Below, one piece after another: positions 39,401 to 54,400 of a stretch of DNA of 64,000 nt (position 1 is its first letter; each line of letters opens with the position of its first letter). A model generated the notes under the pieces. It worked only from the letters and a program-made list of their open reading frames with translations. It was not told where the DNA came from and ran no database searches. The stretch comes from Botryllus schlosseri (taxonomy: Eukaryota), in assembly GCA_051294905.1 (NCBI GenBank), contig CM119372.1, positions 11,782,001 to 11,846,000 on the forward strand, written 5' to 3'. The position numbers and the translations under genes were made by a program.

Positions 39401-42400
39401 TGTCTCATCCTTTCATGTAGGGTACCTTATACACAGGGAACCATAAAATATCACCACCAACTTTTGGTAATTGGATTATTTATACATTAGAAAGCCTATC
39501 ACGAGGATTGGGAATACGACAAGAGTGTAATATATTACCCTGTCCACATCACACCTGGCTATGAATCTCAGGCGCAAGTCCGACAAATACAAAGTCAGGT
39601 AAATGTTAGATATGAACTGTGACAAACACAAATTGCTGTCAGTAAAACCCAGTCATATATTTTCCAAGGCCAAATACAAAGAAGGATTCGAGAAGGAAAA
39701 GGATAAAAACACTTACGACGTCACACAGACTCAGCAATACCAAGATACATCGCAGCTTTCAAAATTTATGTCAGATGTGAGTGTCGGCGTTGTTGCCCGT
39801 TTCTTGAGTAACAAGTCGTTTGCATATTTTCGTGAGCACAGGCGAAATACAAGGAGCAGTATGAAAAGAACAAGCATGTGACGTCTCAACTAGAGGAAAC
39901 TCCAGAAATGAAACTTTCCAAGGAACTACGTCCAATTCAAAGCAAGAAAATGTATGCTGAGAAATCAAAAGAAATGCAGAAGACTGTGACAGTGGGTCCA
40001 GGTGAGACATTATTTATTTATTATTATTTCTCAAGCACCACTCTGATGAATATAAGGATTAGTTGCCTGATTCAATTGCTTTATATCTGTAGGAATATTG
40101 GAAGGAATGATTAACTTCTGTGTCAAATCAAAATGACTATGGCTTACTGAAATGGTATCTGCGCACAGAAAATCCCCGTTGCGCACAACACAAAATCGAA
40201 GTGATGACCTTTTTGTTAATCGTTACGCACTGTTGTCCAAGGGACCGCGCAGTGAGTTGCTGACTGCATGCAGACTCGCGAAAAATTAGAGGGAACATTG
40301 TCTGCAAAGTAGTAGTGGGATTATTGTTTTTATGTTGAGTTTTATGCTCACATGTGACTCCTTGTGATACTGTCTGTTCATCAGCATGAATAAGACAATT
40401 GGAAATCACTAGAATAATCACCGGAATATGTTCGGTCCACTCACATAAGTACCAAATTTTCATTCCGCAGACAATCAAGAAATTGCTAACGCCGTTTCAA
40501 AGCAAAAGCTCATATCAGAGGGCGAATACAAGGCAGATTTTAAGAAGAATGTTCTCGGAAAAGCACCACACAATGTTGGTCAGGCATATCCCCAATATGA
40601 GCATCTTCGAAACGTCAGCAAAATGACGAGTCAGGTAACAAACTATTTGGAATCGAGAATGAACTTTATAGTCAACTTTTTCGAACACCGGTGTACTTTA
40701 CAGAAAGAATATACGAAGGAGGCGGACATTTCCAAGCAGCACCACAATCTCCCTGCAGACTACCCACCTCTCGTACAGGCACGGGAGAATGCCAGGAATG
40801 TCAGCGATGTAAGTTTTGCTGACAAAGATTCCACAGGTCTCAAGATCGCTATCCGATTACCTTCCATTCAAGGTGGAATATCAAAAACAGAAAGCCGAAA
40901 CGGTGAAAGGATATCGCGGATTCCAAACTATGGAAGCAAAACACCATCCAGCAGTCCAGCTAGCTGCGAAATCATCCGAATTATACTCTCAGGTGAGTAG
41001 ACCATGTTTAACTGTTGTGTATAAATTGTTCCTACCTGAAATATGACTTTTCCATATGATGTGACTTATTGGAGCATGTTACTTGAATAGGCAGTAAATA
41101 GATTATGAAGATTCGTCTTTCTTCTTTATATGGGCTTAGACAACTTGAAAATTAAGTAACTATGATTCATCTTGAAAATTTACTCTTTACCACACTACCG
41201 TCAGAACGCATATAAAGAAGACTGGGAAGCTGAAAAAGATCTGATGTATTATCCCGTTCATATCACGCCGGGATACGAATCTCAGGCTGAAGCGTCAAAG
41301 CTCCAGAGCGACGTAAGTGAGCCATTTGAAACGGATTGCAGCAAATATATTCACAGCTATCGTGCAATACCAGAAAAAGTACAAAGAAGGTTACGACGAA
41401 GCGAAAGAGAAGAACCGATATTTTGTTACCGAAACGGAACAGTATAAAGCCATGAAAGACACGGGGCTTGCTACTTCCGAGGTATATTCTGGTTTCTCTC
41501 TGTCTACTGATCTCCGTAATCGTGTAAAAAAAAAGTTAAAATGCAGCAAGTTGTTCCAGGCTATTGGCTAGAATTGTACTGGCATACATTACTTCTAATT
41601 ACATTAAGCTTCTCGTTCTATATTCGACGTTCAATTACTTTTGGCCCATCATGGAAATCCATTTAGCCGCTTTGAGTGTTATATCTGCTGCATCAGCTAA
41701 TATATCCCCGTTCAGACTAGCAACAACTAATCAGAAGATGTTAGTTCGACATTGTCCATGTAATAGGATAGCGATTACCGCACATTTATCGGTGCCTATG
41801 AATAAGTGATCCAATAGTAACAATCCTTATTCTCTGATATCACCCATTACGAGAGAAGATACCATACCGTATTATACAACTTCCACTTTTGCAGAGAAAT
41901 TACAAAAAAGAATACGAGAACACGAAATCCAATGTCGTCTCAATGAAAGAAACAAATGAAATGATTCGCGCAAAGGAACTGCGCCCGGTGCAAATGCAAA
42001 AACTCTACACGGATGACTCAAAAAGAATGCTTCAAAACGTGAACATAAGCTCAGGTACTGATTTCTTTTCAGACTTTTCAGACAAAGGGCAATAGGATTT
42101 AAATGCAGGGAATCCCTTTTTATTTTTAACAAATTCATACGTATTATCATGCATAAATCATTTGTACTATTTATTCAAAATACAGAACTTTTTCATTTCA
42201 GGCATACTCATCTAAATAAGCTCCCAAACTTACGTTGGATTGCCACAAGCTATTGAGTTTGAAAGCTTTTTTGCTGCAATATTCACTGGTTTGAAACATT
42301 ACCAGATTTACAAACTGTTATGGCTCCAGATATAATTTAGAAGCATGTCAGGCCTCGCAAGCCAATCTCTGGATTGTGGATTTCGGAAACCTAAGCGTGC

Positions 42401-45400
42401 AGACTGCAGATGTAACATAGGAGTTGATGCACTTATTCACAATTTATTACATGGACCAGCGAAAATTGATTGGGGACCTGACACTGACACCGCTGTATTA
42501 GAATACTTAGTTATGTAGTGGTTTACTACTCTTTACGACTGTAGATTAAAATTATCTGATGACTTGTGTATAATGAAATTTGAAAAATTCCGAAATATCT
42601 CATCTTCAGATCTTCAAAGCATCTCGCATGCAGTTGCGACTCAGAAAATGTCGTCAAAGGATGCTTACGCTGCCGAATACAAACAGACAATGGTCGGGAA
42701 GAGTCCGCACAATGTCGCCGTGGCGTACCCCGAATACGAACACCTACAGAAGGTAGCGAAAGACAGCAGCACTACCGAATATACGAAAGACGCGAAGAAG
42801 CAGAGCCACCATCACAATCTGCCGGTGGACTATCCCGAATTCGTTCGGGCAAAGGAGAACGCTAAAAACGCCAGCGATGTGAGGAATCTGAATTTTGAAA
42901 TGTATGTTTCAAAGCGTTGTTTGATTTTTAATCAAACTTCAACTGTAGATGGAGTACAAGAAAGATTTGCGGAAAGTTACCGATTCGTATCGCGGATATC
43001 AGACGATGGACAGTGCAGAACACCCTGTCGTTAAACAGGCCGTGAAAGCAACCGAGTTATCTTCAGAGGTTGGTATTTCTAATACTGGAAAAGCAGACTG
43101 TGATCATCACCACCACCAGCACACAGGATGTCATTTTTTTTATGTATTACCTAATTTCTCTAACGGAGCACAACTCGTGTTATTAGTAGCGGCATCGGAA
43201 ATTTCCTGATTCTATGTCTTTACGGGATCCCTTATCGCTTTTTCTGTCTATAATTTTTCATTATGGCTATCTAAAACTTGATTTCAGGAGTCAAGTTCGC
43301 CACAAAGCTCTCGCCCGTGCCTTATATAGTCTTATATAGTCAGCCACACATAGTCTGCTTACCGCACTACCCAAATACATGATTCGATCGTACATGTCAT
43401 ATTCAATAATAGAAAATAAAATTGCGGTCTGACCCCATTGATGTTGATACATTGGTTAACAAGCTGAATTTTATTATTTATCATGATTTATACACATAGG
43501 ATTAATTGGTTCACCTGACAAAGTTGATCGATTTCTAATAATTTCCTCAACTTACATTACAGAAAGCGTACAAGGAAGACTGGGAATATGACAAGAGCAT
43601 GATTTGCTACCCAGTGCACATCACGCCAGGCTATGAAGCAATATCTGATATCAAAAATATTCAAAGCGATGTAAGTTATAAATGTTGAAATGCGTGACAT
43701 TTCGTAATATGAATTCAATTCAAGGCGATGTATAAGCAAAATTATGAAAATGAGAAGGAAAAGAACGCCTATCTCGTTACCGACACTGAACAATACAAGA
43801 CTATGAAGGAAACTGACCAAGTCACCTCAAAGGTAATCAGTATTTCAAGACTGTCTATCACGGAATTGTACTGTCACGGAGAATAGCTTATTTTCAACTT
43901 GTGACGTCTGAATGGCTATGTTCTAACTAAAGTGTCTTGGCACATTTACAAGTGTTGCTTCTTTCACCAGAGAAAATATAACGAGGAACACGAGAAAAAC
44001 AAAGCAAAGATAATATCAATGCAAGAAACTCCAGAAATGAAAATGGCCAAAGACCTCAATCCATTTCAGAGTAAAAAACTTTACTCGGAGAACTCCAAGG
44101 AAGCAATGAGGAATGTCAATGTTGGAATGGGTATAAGAATTCACTTGACTTTCCATTCGAAATAAATGAAAGACCCAATCCATCGCAGATATACAAGAGA
44201 TCGCTCACGCTGTTTCCACACAAAAGATGGCTTCAAAGGACCAGTACATCGATGACTATAAAAGGAATGTGGTAGGGAAAGCTCCGCATGATGTCAATAA
44301 TGCATATCCGGAATACGAGATCTCCAAGAAAGCTTCTATTCTTGCTAGCAAGGTAGATTTTTATCGCTACGCACCCAAAAGGTGAAATTAATTGGGATTT
44401 TTCAAAAAGAACGTATACAAAAAAGAAGCCAAGAAAGCCATGCATCAACACAACTTACCGCTCGACTATCCGGAGTTTGTGCAAGCAAAAGAAAATGCGA
44501 AAAACACTAGTCAGGTGTGAATATCGCTTCAATTTGTCTGTGAATCTGTACGAACATTTCTCACGGTTACAGATTGAGTATACCAAACAGCGGGCCGAGG
44601 CGATTAAATCCTATCGCGGGTTCCAGACGATGGATAGCACCGAACATCCCGTGGTGAAGCAAGGCTTGAAAGCGGCTGAACTCATGTCGGATGTATGTAT
44701 TTGGCAATTAAATTTGAGGTTATCATATTGGCTTACGCAAATAATCTCGGGTTCAATTACAGAAAGCTTATCGCGAAGACTGGGAATACGATAAAGCCAT
44801 GATCTACTATCCAGTTCATATTACTCCGGGATACGAATCGCAGGCAGAAATTGGCAAAGTGCAGAGTGATGTAAGCTTGCGTGAGTTCTTTGTGCTTAGC
44901 TATTTTTACATAATATCCATGTTCAGGTGAAATACAAAGAAGATTTCGAGAAATCGAAGGAGAAGAATGCGTACGTGGTTACTGACACGGAAGCCTACAA
45001 ACAAATGAAAGACGTCGAAACTGCATCGTCAACCGTGACTAATATTATAAATTATTGTGAATGACAGCTTTTCACCAACTCCTGTCTTATTTCTGTAGGT
45101 AAAGTATCAAGAAGAGTATCTGAAAAACAAGGGGAAAATGCTAAGCATCGAAACCACTCCCGAAATGCAGCTATCCCAAGAGTTACGGCCGATTCAAAGT
45201 AAAAAATGCTACACAGAGCAATCGAAATCGCAACAGAAATCCGTGCACATTGGGCAGGGTAATAATCGTCTCATCATGTGTCGATATGACCATATGTAAG
45301 TCTGTATATATCTACAGATCTCCAGGAGATTGCGCATGCTGTGAGCACTCAAAAACAGTCTTCCGACGGCGTGTACAAAAATGAGTTCAGGAAAATGATC

Positions 45401-48400
45401 GGACAAGGACCGCATGACCCTGACCAAGCTTACCCGGAGTATAAGCATCTACGTGAAGTTACCAAAGCCAACAGTAAAGTAATATCGTCCATACTATGCC
45501 ATTGGTGTGTGGTAAAGTTAAGCTGATCACTATTTAGGCTGAATATCAGAAGGAAGCCGAGAAGATAAAACACCACCATAATCTTCCCGTCGACTATCCT
45601 GAGTTTGTCCAAGCCAAACGGAATGCGATTAATGCTAGCGATGTGAGTAATTACTACTGAAGGACGATGAATCATGTGACTTATGATATCCTTGTCACAG
45701 GCACATTATCAAAAACAAAAGAAAGAGGTTATCGACTCTTATCGTGGATTTCAAACAATGGACAGCAAAACACACCCGGTGGTTCAGCATGGAATCAAAG
45801 CTGCTGAATTGGCTTCTGATGTAAGCTTTTGATTCCCTTTCAAATTACCCGGCGTTCTTAAATTTTGCAACCAACTGTAGAAAGCGTACAAGGAAGACTG
45901 GGACTACGAGAAAAGTTACATATATTATCCGGTCCATATTACGCCGGGCTATGAATCGCAAGTAGAGGCCAGGAAGGTTCAAAGCGATGTGAGTTTTGTG
46001 TGTTGATTTATTTGCGTTGTCAATTTAAGTATATTTTCACTCCATGCGCAGGCTATATATAAAGAAGATTTCAAAAAGTCAGCAGTCGAAGGAAACAAAT
46101 ACAATGTAACAGAAACGGATGGGTACAAAACTCAGAAGGAGAATCTACAACACACATCAGATGTAACATAAAGATTATTATATCCATCTTGTTTCTTGTT
46201 TGCCAAGCTGGCGCTTTATTAACCACGGCACAGAAGATATATATCACCGGTCATCATCCATTTGCGACCCAAATGCGATCTTACATACTACATTCATGGT
46301 TCATATGGCATACTGCGATGAAATCACTAGATATGAAAATTGTTGAACTTACTGCATCAATTACCCTGATGATATTTTAGATATTATATTTCAACTCTGT
46401 GAAGCATACACCATAGCAACTACATTTTTGGTCTCATTCATCGTCAAGTGTACCTTATATATAGAGACGGGACATTGCAGCACAAAGGACTAATGATTTC
46501 AAGTTGAAAATTTTTTTAAAGACGATTGTTACAAAATACAGTAATGTGCAGCAGCAATAACAATTATTTACATTTGACGTCCAATGTATTAACACTGAGC
46601 ATGTAAAGTCTCCGTCTGTAATTTATGAATTCATTCTTTTAGAGAACTTACAAGGCGGAATATGAAGCTCTGAAAGGCACATTGATTCCGATCGACGAGA
46701 CCCCGGAAATGAAACTATCGAAAGAATTGCATCCCGTTCAGAGCAAGAAAATGTACTCCGCCATTTCTAAGGAAATGCACAAAAATGTAACATTCGGATC
46801 TGGTAAGCGGATGACATTCTTTACTTTTACATACAATCGAATTGACTGACTCGAAACATTCAATGGAAAGATACGCAAGGAATTGATCACGCAGTCGGTG
46901 CGCAGAAGCTGTCATCAAAAACCAAATACAAAGCAGATTTTGAGAAGAATATTGTCGGCAAACCTCCTCAGGACACGGGGATCGCGTATCCAGAATACAA
47001 GCATCACAGCGACGTCGGGAAAATGATCAGCCAGGTGTTTTATCGACGGACTCAAAACAAAATAATTACAATATGGCAACAACCACTACATTCATATTGC
47101 CAAATTTATTCCTCTCCGAGCTTTTCGAACGACTCTCATCAGGAGCGAACATAAGTCAATGTGGAGTGAAATGAATCAATGCTAAATAAAAATAATATAA
47201 ATTAACAAAACGAGGGAATCCGTTTGCCAGTTTGATTATATTGATTGTTGCAACATTGAAGTTTTGTACCTCCATAGGCCCATTTAAAATAACTACAGTT
47301 GAACAATTCCGTTTGTTATTCAGCCGAACTATACGAAAGATGCGGAAAGCAAAATGCACACTCACAACCTCCCTTTGGACTATCCTGAATTTGTGAGGGC
47401 AAAAACCAATGCCAAAAATGCAAGTGATGTAAGAACTCTCACAGAAATACTGTAGGCCTTTGTCAGGCATGTTGCATCCATTTAAGATCGAGTATCACAA
47501 GCAGCAGAAGCAAGTAATCGACTCGTACCGCGGCTTCCAAACGATGGACAGCAAGGACCACCCTGTCGTGCAGCAAGGCATGAAGGCCGCCGAGTTAATT
47601 TCTGACGTAAGAAAATGCGTGATTCGCTTCACCCCAAACGGTGCTAACCGCAGACGTTGAAACAGAAACTTTACAAAGAGGATTGGCAAAATGATAAGGA
47701 CATGATCTACTACCCGGTTCATATCACGCCAGGTTATGAGTCGCAGATTGAGGCCGGCAAGACTCTGAGTGAAGTGAGTGTGTTCGGTGACGGTTTTGCA
47801 AACTTATACTGATGCGAACCGCTCCCAGGCGAACTATAAAAAAGATTTTTCCAAGACAAAGGAACAGAATCGGTACTTTGTCACCGACACTGAACAATAC
47901 AAGGAGATGAAGAGAATTGATGAGTCAAGATCCAGCGTAAGTATTTTTAATGTAGGCTCGAATTATTTTCATTCATTGGTATTTAATGCTGAAATGTTAC
48001 AATTATAACGTTTAAAGGGGCACTGCACTCTAAAAATGATGTGGTATCAAATTGAAAGGCAAAACGAAAAAAATTTGGCCGCTGCCCTTTTCTTCAGAAC
48101 GCCACTGTAATGGAGCTGCAATTTATTGAAATTTCCACAACAGCTTCACGCTCCAGCAGTCACGATGAGATCAAACTTTATATAGTTGTCAGCCGATGTT
48201 ATGAAGGAAATATGTCGTACACGCCAAGGTGGTTTAGATACCTCGTTCAACGGAAGATGTTCAGTCAGAAGATTTATGTCAAAATCGGGCCTAGTGTATT
48301 CTATTTCTGTCGTGTACGACATATTTCCTTCACAACATCGGCTAACAACTATATCAAATTCGATCTCTGCGTGACTGCTGGAGCGTGCAGTTCTTGTGGA

Positions 48401-51400
48401 AATTTCAATAAATTGCAGCTCCATTACGGTGGCGTTCTGAAGAAAACAGCTGCGGCCAAAAATTTTTTTCGTTTTGCCCTTCAATTTGAGACCGCATCAA
48501 TTTTAGAGTGCAGTACCCCTTTAAAATGACGAGATAGCGTAGTGGTTCGACTTATTTATTGGTAGAGTCCGATTCCCAGCCCTGTCAGGCTAAAAAAAAA
48601 CTGGTTTGCCACTAAAACTGGATCATCATCTATCAAGCAAGTTGGTGTCCTATTGTAGATGATAAATGATGCTGAACACATATCTACACGGAATACTTAT
48701 GACTGAGACATCCCGGTAACACGAAAACTCGATTTAATACACAGTATTAAATTACAACGAGGTGTCTCCAATGGGGTGCGACATGCTTAACAAGTACCTG
48801 TAGTCCTCTGCACCGTCCGCTAATTCATGATCTGCAATATTTGATTCGTATTTTTATCTTGAAAGATCAAATATAAGGAAGCCTATGAGAAAACAAAGCA
48901 CGACTGTACTGACATCGAGGAAACGCCCGAGATGAGACTTTCAAAAGAACTGAAACCGGTTTTAAGCAAGAAAGTTTACGAGGGGAAATCGAAAGAATTA
49001 ATGAAGAACGTACAAATGAATTCCGGTATGCACCTGTTGGTTCATACAAAACAACGCTCTAGATATGTCAAGTCATCATAACGATGTGAATTTCAAATCC
49101 AGACGTGCAGGAAATCTCCCACGCGCTCTCAACGCAAAAGCAACAATCCAACGAAAGGTACAGAGAAGAATACACGAAAGAAATGCACGGCAAAGGGCCG
49201 CACGATAGCGCCGTCGCGTATCCGGAATATGATCACCACAGAGATGTCGCCAAAATGCAAAGCCAGGTAACATTCATCATTTATAATAATAATAATGATG
49301 ATAATTTATAGTGTCCCGAATATAGCAAGATATCATCATTGACTTTTTTTCTCAAATTGTACTGGCTATTTGATCAAATTCTTAGGTTATCTAATTTAAG
49401 CCTACACCCCAAATTTGGTTCAATTCCAGCCAGTAACCGCGTTGCTACAGGAGTACAAAGTTTCTGTTTATTATATAAAGATTAATAAACAAAAATCTCA
49501 AAATTTTGTGTTCACCCCATGAAAGTATTAGGTTGTCTATAGAAACGATGCTCACCAAATTTGGGTCAACTCCAATCACTGTTAGCGGAGTTCTGGCCGT
49601 CGAAAATTTTGGATTTGAATAAAATAGTATTTACGGTGACCAATTCTGTAATTATTTATTATAGTTGTGCCCACCTTAAATACTATTTTATTCAAATCCA
49701 AATTTATCGACATCAATAACTCCGCTTACAGCGGTTGGAATTGAGCCAAATTTGGTGAACGTCGTTTCTGTAGACACCACAACACTTTCATGGGGTGAAC
49801 AGAAAGTTTTGAAATTTTTGTTCATTTCTTTTTATATAATAAATAGAAAATTTGTACTCCTGTAGCAATGCGGTTACTGGCTGGAATTGAACCAAATTTG
49901 GTGTGTAGGCTTAAATTAGGTAACCTAACAATTTTATCAAGTAGCCAGTACAATTTGAGAAAAAAAGTCGTTTTTGAATACCCCTACTGTACACTGTACA
50001 GTGTACGTACATATGCGCAATAAAATGTAAAAAGTAAAACGATATGTGTAAAATACGGAGTGCATAGTTATAGGGAAAGAGGGAACACTCCTGTAGTTGG
50101 ATAAAATAAAGCGGTTCTGGTTTTACGTATCAACCATTGCAGAGCGAATACACCAAAGAAGCCGAGAAGTTGAAACACCATCACAATCTGCCGCTGGACT
50201 ATCCCGAGTTTGTCCGTGCTAAGGAAAATGCGTTGAATGCCAGTGACGTGAGTCGAGTCCGATTAAACTCGTAATTGAACCGCGATGGATTGCCAAATTA
50301 TTCAGATAAACTACCAAAAGCAGAAGAGACATGTCATCAGCGAGTACCGGGGATTTCAAACCATGGATAGTCAGGAACATCCGATTGTTAAGCAAGGTAT
50401 CAAAGCCGCGGCGCTGGCGTCAGACGTGAGTGTATATGCCAAGTGTATTCTTGTGCTTATTGAAATCATCTCCTATTTTATATGCTCTCTTCAGAAAGCG
50501 TACAGGGAAGAATGGGAATATGATAAGGACTGCATTTACTACCCCGTGCATATTACTCCGGGTTACGAGCAGGCTATGGAAGTCGGAAAAATCCAAAGCC
50601 AGGTTAGCGACATTGAGTTAATAGCCTGCAGATCGAAGCGTGTAACAGATCCAATTTCAAGTCAACTGTTTTGGCAGACATGTCAGTACGAACAGTGACC
50701 CATAGTTTAGGGTTGCCATACGTCCGGAAACTGTTAAAACTGCGTCCGGGAGGAAATTCTAAAATATGCCTAAATGTCCGGAATTTTGAAGGCTTGAAGT
50801 AAGCTCATTTTTTTTGTAAATCAACCTAAACAAGACTATTTTTGGACAGATTTTTGCTACATAAAATTTTTCTTCGCGCCGGGCGCGACTTAGTATCATA
50901 TATATTGGTACCCTCGCAAAAACTGCGATCAAAAAATAAATAAAAAATTACATTCATTTACAAAAAGAAGTCTAATTGTTATCGCAATTACAAGATAACG
51001 GTATTCATAGAGTCGTCGTTTTAGGTCGTTTGGATGCTTTATTCAAAGATGGTGGTTCTAAAGCTGGGGGTAGTTTGCCTTTATTCTGGGGTTCGCGAAG
51101 ATGTTGAACCTAATTAACTTTTAAAATAGGCTGTGAGTATGTCCTGGCAAATGTGCCGACCTTTAATTAGTAATCAGCTAATCAAATTTTGAGCTGGGAC
51201 ACGGCACATTTTCAAATTGGAAATGGATTCGCGACCGTAAAAGGTTGAAAACCACCGGATGTGCGGTGTTTATATAGCTAAGTGGTGAAGTACACACCCG
51301 CATTAGGCTGATAAATATTCTTATCGGTGTGACATGAACATGACCTGATGATAAACAATTACGCCCCTTGCATTTTCGAAGTCATCATCCTACACCAGCT

Positions 51401-54400
51401 ATATTCTACCGCTGACTCTGATTATGTGGGCGGAGAGAGGATTAAAATTATACAGTAATATATGGAAGAACCAATATTATTGACACAATTCATTCAAATC
51501 ATTTGAACGACTAGATGCATATAGTAAACCCCCAGAAGTTGCATCGAATACCCTATGATGGGCCCAAGATCAGTGTTTATTTGGGCGGGATAGGGCTGAA
51601 AATATGTGGCTTCGGCCCAGGTTACAACATACAATACACGACCACATACTCCTGAACCGGATCGCGACCACCTCTAGTCGATAGACAAAGCGTTGCTGAT
51701 GTGACGTCGTATCGATCGACAATGTTTTGAAATCCGCTAGTGGGCGCTGAAGATCGTCCGGAATTTGTGTAACAAAAATTTGGTAACCCTACCATAGTTA
51801 AGACATAGAGTGAAATAATTTAATGTTGTATATTCTACATAAGAGTATGAAGAAGGATGCAGATTTAGCTACGAGAACGGTAGCATTTTAGGGGATCGAT
51901 CACCTGGAAAGACATAAGTTAGTCTATAATCTTCAAGGGAATTGTCATTGCTCTAGCAATCCTCAATTTATAACTTGGGTTCTTGTGCCCTTTTATGAAT
52001 GCGACGTTTCTAAAAATATATCACTCAAAGATCCAATATGGTTCTCAGGTTGCCTATACCAAAGATGGCAGCAAAGCCCAAACGAAAAATAAGTACAACG
52101 TCACCGACACTGATATGTACAAGACAGCAAAGGACGCCTCGAATCTGTCAGAGGTATGTGTCACTTGAATCGACTTGGCGGTACTCTTGATACAACGTTG
52201 TTCACATTCCCCGTGCAGCAAAAATATCGGGAGGAATATGAGGCAAACAAAGGAAAGAATCATACCCAGATGACGGACACCCCAGAAATGGCAATATCCA
52301 GGGCGTTACGTCCGCTTCTGAGTAACAAAAAGTATTCAAGTGATGCGAAATCTGTTATGAACAAATACAACTTGGATTCAAGTATGTTTTGAGGTTTATA
52401 GATATATTGTCAGCGTATAATAGTACTTTCCTGCAGGTGTTCAGGAAATCGCGCATGCTCTGTATGCTCAAAATTTCTCTTCGAAAGCAAAGTACATCGA
52501 CTATTACAAGAAAAATATTGTTGGTAAATCTACCGCAGATCCAAATGCTTTCCCTGAATACGAACACGCTCGGAACGTTTCAAAGCAATCCAGCAAGGTG
52601 TTGCTGTACTGTGTTACAGACATTGACAATATCAATTTCTCAAACGTTATATCATTTTGCAGCATGAATACGCGAAAGACGCAGACAAGATGATGCACGA
52701 TCACCACTTGCCTCTTGATTATCCGGAATTTGTTCGCGCTAGAGAAAACGCCAAGAATGCGAGCGATGTAATAATATAATGATGACATAAAATCACAGGA
52801 AAATATAATTTGGGCTGGGTATACCTACGTATCCAGGAGATGATATTTAATGTATGTTGCTTACATCAATTTGACGGTTCTATGGAACCTATGGAACATA
52901 CTATGTGCAGGAAAAATGCCAACAGCATCAATTTTGTACCTTTTGTGTGAGCGAAAAACAATTATTACTGAAGGATCTTCTGCGACAAACTCATGAAAAT
53001 TTGAGGCTACCAAACGCGATTTACATCAGATAATTCATATAGTCTATTGGCTGTATATTCGTGTGTTGTACTTGGTCGTTTTGAGATTCATGTCCTAAAT
53101 AGGAGGGAGTAGAGGACCCTGCGACATTACATACATGCATTAACAGGCGGTCCGTTATGAGGGTTGTTAACAACTTTGGCTTTTAATTGACTTGTTTTGA
53201 CATTTTCCAGATGGAATATAAGAAGCAAAGAAAAGAAGTGATCGATTCCTATAAGGGTTTTCAAACCATGGATAGTAAAGAACATCCTGTTGTGCAGCAG
53301 GGCATAAAAGCGGCGGAGTTGATGTCTGGTGTAAGAATTATTTCACTGAACGCTAGCGAGGATCGCACCTTTGATTTTTATTGTAAAATTCTAGAAAGCT
53401 TACAGAGAAGACTGGGAGTATGACAAGGGTTGCATATATTACCCGGTTCATATTACACCGGGATATGAGCAAGCGATGGAGGTCAGCAAGATACAAAGTG
53501 ATGTAAGTGTACTTTGTGCTTGCGTTTTATGCTTTTGTCAAATATCTGCACATTTATACTTCAGGCTGCATATAAAAAACAACATGCTACCGATAAAAGT
53601 AAGAACAAGTTTACCGTTACTGATACGGATGCGTACAAGACTGCAAAGAACGCATCGAAGCAATCTGACGTAAGTGTTCAGATAAAACGTAGAATACGAG
53701 CCAGATACCTTGCTATCATAAAGCCGTAGTCGTCAAGACAATATATGCCAAGTTACAAAATCAATGAATAAATCAAACCTTGTTAAAATGGGGCATATCA
53801 CACATGCAATATCGAATCATATTACCAAATACAATACAATGACTCTCAACCATTGACTCAAGCAATGCTTGCAGTTTCGACCCTTTACCATTCCATTAAT
53901 ACAGTTATTTTGTTGCTATAAATTGATCGCATGCGGTAGAATGTCATGCTATCGAGAAATTACCTTTCTACTGTAATCTAATTATTAAGGCAAGTTTTTT
54001 GTTGCTGTTAAATCCGTGGAAAGCTGCATTTATTCATTTATTTTCGAAAAAACTTGCAGAAGTTGCATTTTGACCACATTTTGCTCGGTTGACTAAAAAA
54101 AGGTCAATTTTCCGGCTCAGCTCCCGAATTACCCGTAAAAGCGTTACTTCGGTGCTGATTTACGGTGTTTCAGTCGAATTTGGCCGTGTATTTCACCAAA
54201 ATCGAAAATACTTCCATGAAACATCGAAAAAGTTGCATGGAAAACATAGACAAAAGTTGCAAAAAGTTGCACTATAAGATTCCTTCAATCAGCTTAAAAC
54301 AGCATTCTACATATCTTACGAGTATTTAGGAAGCTGCCGGAAGCTGTAAAAAAAAGTTGCAAAAGTTGCTAAAACTTGCCCTACTAATTATTCATTTTTA

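Larger units (their letters stand above)
47666..50425 (+). repeat. Nebulin super-repeat 8
   Basis: Six exons; two introns are expanded by fold-back MITEs. Confidence 0.9.

Noticed and set aside
48110..48529. Mirror-image ORFs on both strands
   Set aside because: Artefact of the palindromic MITE.
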